Translations under genes and position numbers: made by a program
Notes under the pieces: model-generated
Database searches by the model: none
The model's input: the letters and a program-made list of their open reading frames with translations, nothing else
Told to the model about the DNA's origin: nothing
Assembly: GCA_041165485.1 (NCBI GenBank)
Contig: JBEANK010000001.1
Coordinates: 1-39,181 of the forward strand
Origin: Actinomycetota bacterium
GTDB lineage: Bacteria > Actinomycetota > Actinomycetes > Nanopelagicales > Nanopelagicaceae
Direction: 5' to 3'
Length of the DNA: 39,181 bases
Shown: positions 37,682 through 39,181 of the stretch, one piece after another
Layout: every line of letters starts with the position of its first letter
Position numbering within the stretch: position 1 is the first letter of the stretch

Positions 37682-39049
37682 GTGTCTCAATTTGATCTCG
37701 TCATCCTTGGTGGAGGAAGTGGTGGTTACGCCGCTGCTCTTCGCGGCGCGCAGCTTGGCTTAAGCGTCGCCTTGATCGAAGCGGACAAGGTCGGCGGAAC
37801 CTGCTTACATCGTGGGTGTATTCCAACCAAGGCGTTGTTGCATTCAGCCGAGATCGCAGATGGCGCACGTGAAGGTTCTCACTTTGGTGTCAAGTCAACC
37901 TTTGATGGCATCGACATGGCTGGGGTGAACGCTTATAAAGATGGCGTGATCAATAAATTGCATAAAGGTTTGTCAGGGCTCGTAAAGTCTCGAAACATTA
38001 CATACATTGAAGGTTACGGAAAGTTAGTCGGAAAAGACACCGTTGAAGTTAATGGGACCCGTTACACAGGTAAGAATGTAATTCTTGCAACTGGCTCGTA
38101 TGCAAAAACTCTTCCTGGTTTAGAGATCGATGGCGAAAAGATTATTACCTCAGATCACGGCACAAAGATGTCTTACGTTCCAAAGAGTGTGATCGTTCTT
38201 GGTGGCGGAGTTATCGGTTGTGAGTTTGCATCTGTGTGGAAATCATTTGGTGCTGAGGTAACGATTATCGAAGGTCTACCTCACTTGATCGCCCTCGAAG
38301 ATGAGTCTTCCAGCAAGCAACTTGAACGAGCTTTCCGCAAGCGTGGAATTAACTTTGAGTTAGGTGTTCGTTTTCAGTCAGCGGTTAAGACAGCCGATGG
38401 CGTGACTGTAACTCTTGAAGATGGAAAGAGTTTCTCTGCAGAAATTTTGATGGTCTCTGTTGGCCGTGGACCGGTATCAGCAAACCTTGGCTACGAAGAA
38501 CAAGGAATTGCGATGGACCGCGGATACGTTCTTGTAGATGACAAGTGCCGTACAAATGTTCCAGGTATTTGGGCGGTTGGAGATTTGATCCCTACTTTGC
38601 AACTAGCTCACGTAGGTTTTGCAGAAGGAATTCTGGTTGCAGAAGAGATTGCGGGATTAAACCCTCGTCCAATCAATTACGACGGAATTCCACGTGTTAC
38701 CTACTCAGATCCTGAGGTTGCATCTGTCGGTTTAACTACAGCAGAAGCAAAGAAGCGTGGACATGATGTTGTAGAGCTTTCATACGACCTAGCCGGAAAT
38801 GGCAAGGCGCAAATTCTTAATACCGCTGGTTCGATCAAACTCGTTGCCCAAAAGGATGGCCCAGTTCTTGGTGTCCATATGGTTGGTGCACGCGTTGGTG
38901 AACTTCTTGCCGAAGCAGAATTAATTTACAACTGGGAGGCTCGCGCAAGTGATGTCGCACCATTGATCCACGCACACCCAACACTGTCAGAGGCAATGGG
39001 CGAAGCTCATATGGCACTTGCAGGCAAACCGCTTCACGCACACGGATAA
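37682..39049 (+). CDS. lpdA: Dihydrolipoyl dehydrogenase (E3)
   Basis: [32 protein letters not shown]. Confidence 0.98.
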   Translation: MSQFDLVILGGGSGGYAAALRGAQLGLSVALIEADKVGGTCLHRGCIPTKALLHSAEIADGAREGSHFGVKSTFDGIDMAGVNAYKDGVINKLHKGLSGLVKSRNITYIEGYGKLVGKDTVEVNGTRYTGKNVILATGSYAKTLPGLEIDGEKIITSDHGTKMSYVPKSVIVLGGGVIGCEFASVWKSFGAEVTIIEGLPHLIALEDESSSKQLERAFRKRGINFELGVRFQSAVKTADGVTVTLEDGKSFSAEILMVSVGRGPVSANLGYEEQGIAMDRGYVLVDDKCRTNVPGIWAVGDLIPTLQLAHVGFAEGILVAEEIAGLNPRPINYDGIPRVTYSDPEVASVGLTTAEAKKRGHDVVELSYDLAGNGKAQILNTAGSIKLVAQKDGPVLGVHMVGARVGELLAEAELIYNWEARASDVAPLIHAHPTLSEAMGEAHMALAGKPLHAHG

Positions 39050-39065
39050 CCAAGGAGAGAAAAAG

Positions 39066-39181
39066 ATGACATTCTCAGTAACGATGCCAGCACTTGGCGA
39101 AAGCGTTAGCGAAGGCACAGTCACTCGTTGGTTAAAGGCCGAGGGCGATCATGTAAATGTTGATGAACCACTTCTAGAGGT
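39066..39181 (+). CDS. sucB: 2-oxoacid dehydrogenase E2 (SucB/DlaT), N-terminal lipoyl domain, partial
   Basis: Not in ORF track. Manual translation [38 protein letters not shown]; AAGGAG RBS; follows lpdA. Confidence 0.92.
   Translation, partial: MTFSVTMPALGESVSEGTVTRWLKAEGDHVNVDEPLLE

Noticed and set aside
1-39181. CRISPR arrays, IS elements, prophage or anti-phage defence genes
   Set aside because: No regularly spaced repeats and no transposase, phage or defence-domain motifs; nearly all sequence is accounted for by housekeeping genes.

Overview
A densely packed core-genome segment from a streamlined actinobacterium with moderate GC. Gene content and order best fit the freshwater acI lineage (Nanopelagicales, e.g. 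Ca. Planktophila); this assignment is an inference. The left block is secD(partial)-ruvBAC-yebC-pdxTS-DUF3048-pimA/patA/pgsA-HIT-thrS-pabC/pabB-like. It is followed by tRNA-Gly/Cys/Val with a cupin gene inside the cluster, a nitronate-monooxygenase/FabK-FabX-like flavoprotein and a LysE exporter. The right block is esterase-DEDDh exonuclease-trpD-receiver protein-ctaE-qcrCAB, eamA-SRPBCC-ctaFDC, adoK-erpA-DUF3043-AKR, a cobalamin riboswitch with an ECF importer cassette, then gcvT-pepA-lpdA-sucB(partial). No transposase, integrase, prophage or CRISPR was seen. Most notable observations: (1) the aa3 oxidase appears to have lost all ligands of the Mg/Mn site in both CtaD and CtaC; (2) a 193-aa pseudo-GTPase apparently derived from the EF-G2 G domain is kept with its own promoter; (3) qcrB carries an internal deletion plus frameshift; (4) the B12-riboswitch ECF cassette has an unanchored secreted protein that looks like a permuted DUF4430 domain and sits where cobT/cobS normally lie; (5) leaderless-type promoters are pervasive; (6) there are candidate PafBC and Crp sites. 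Homology calls come from motif recognition and recalled synteny, not from database searches.
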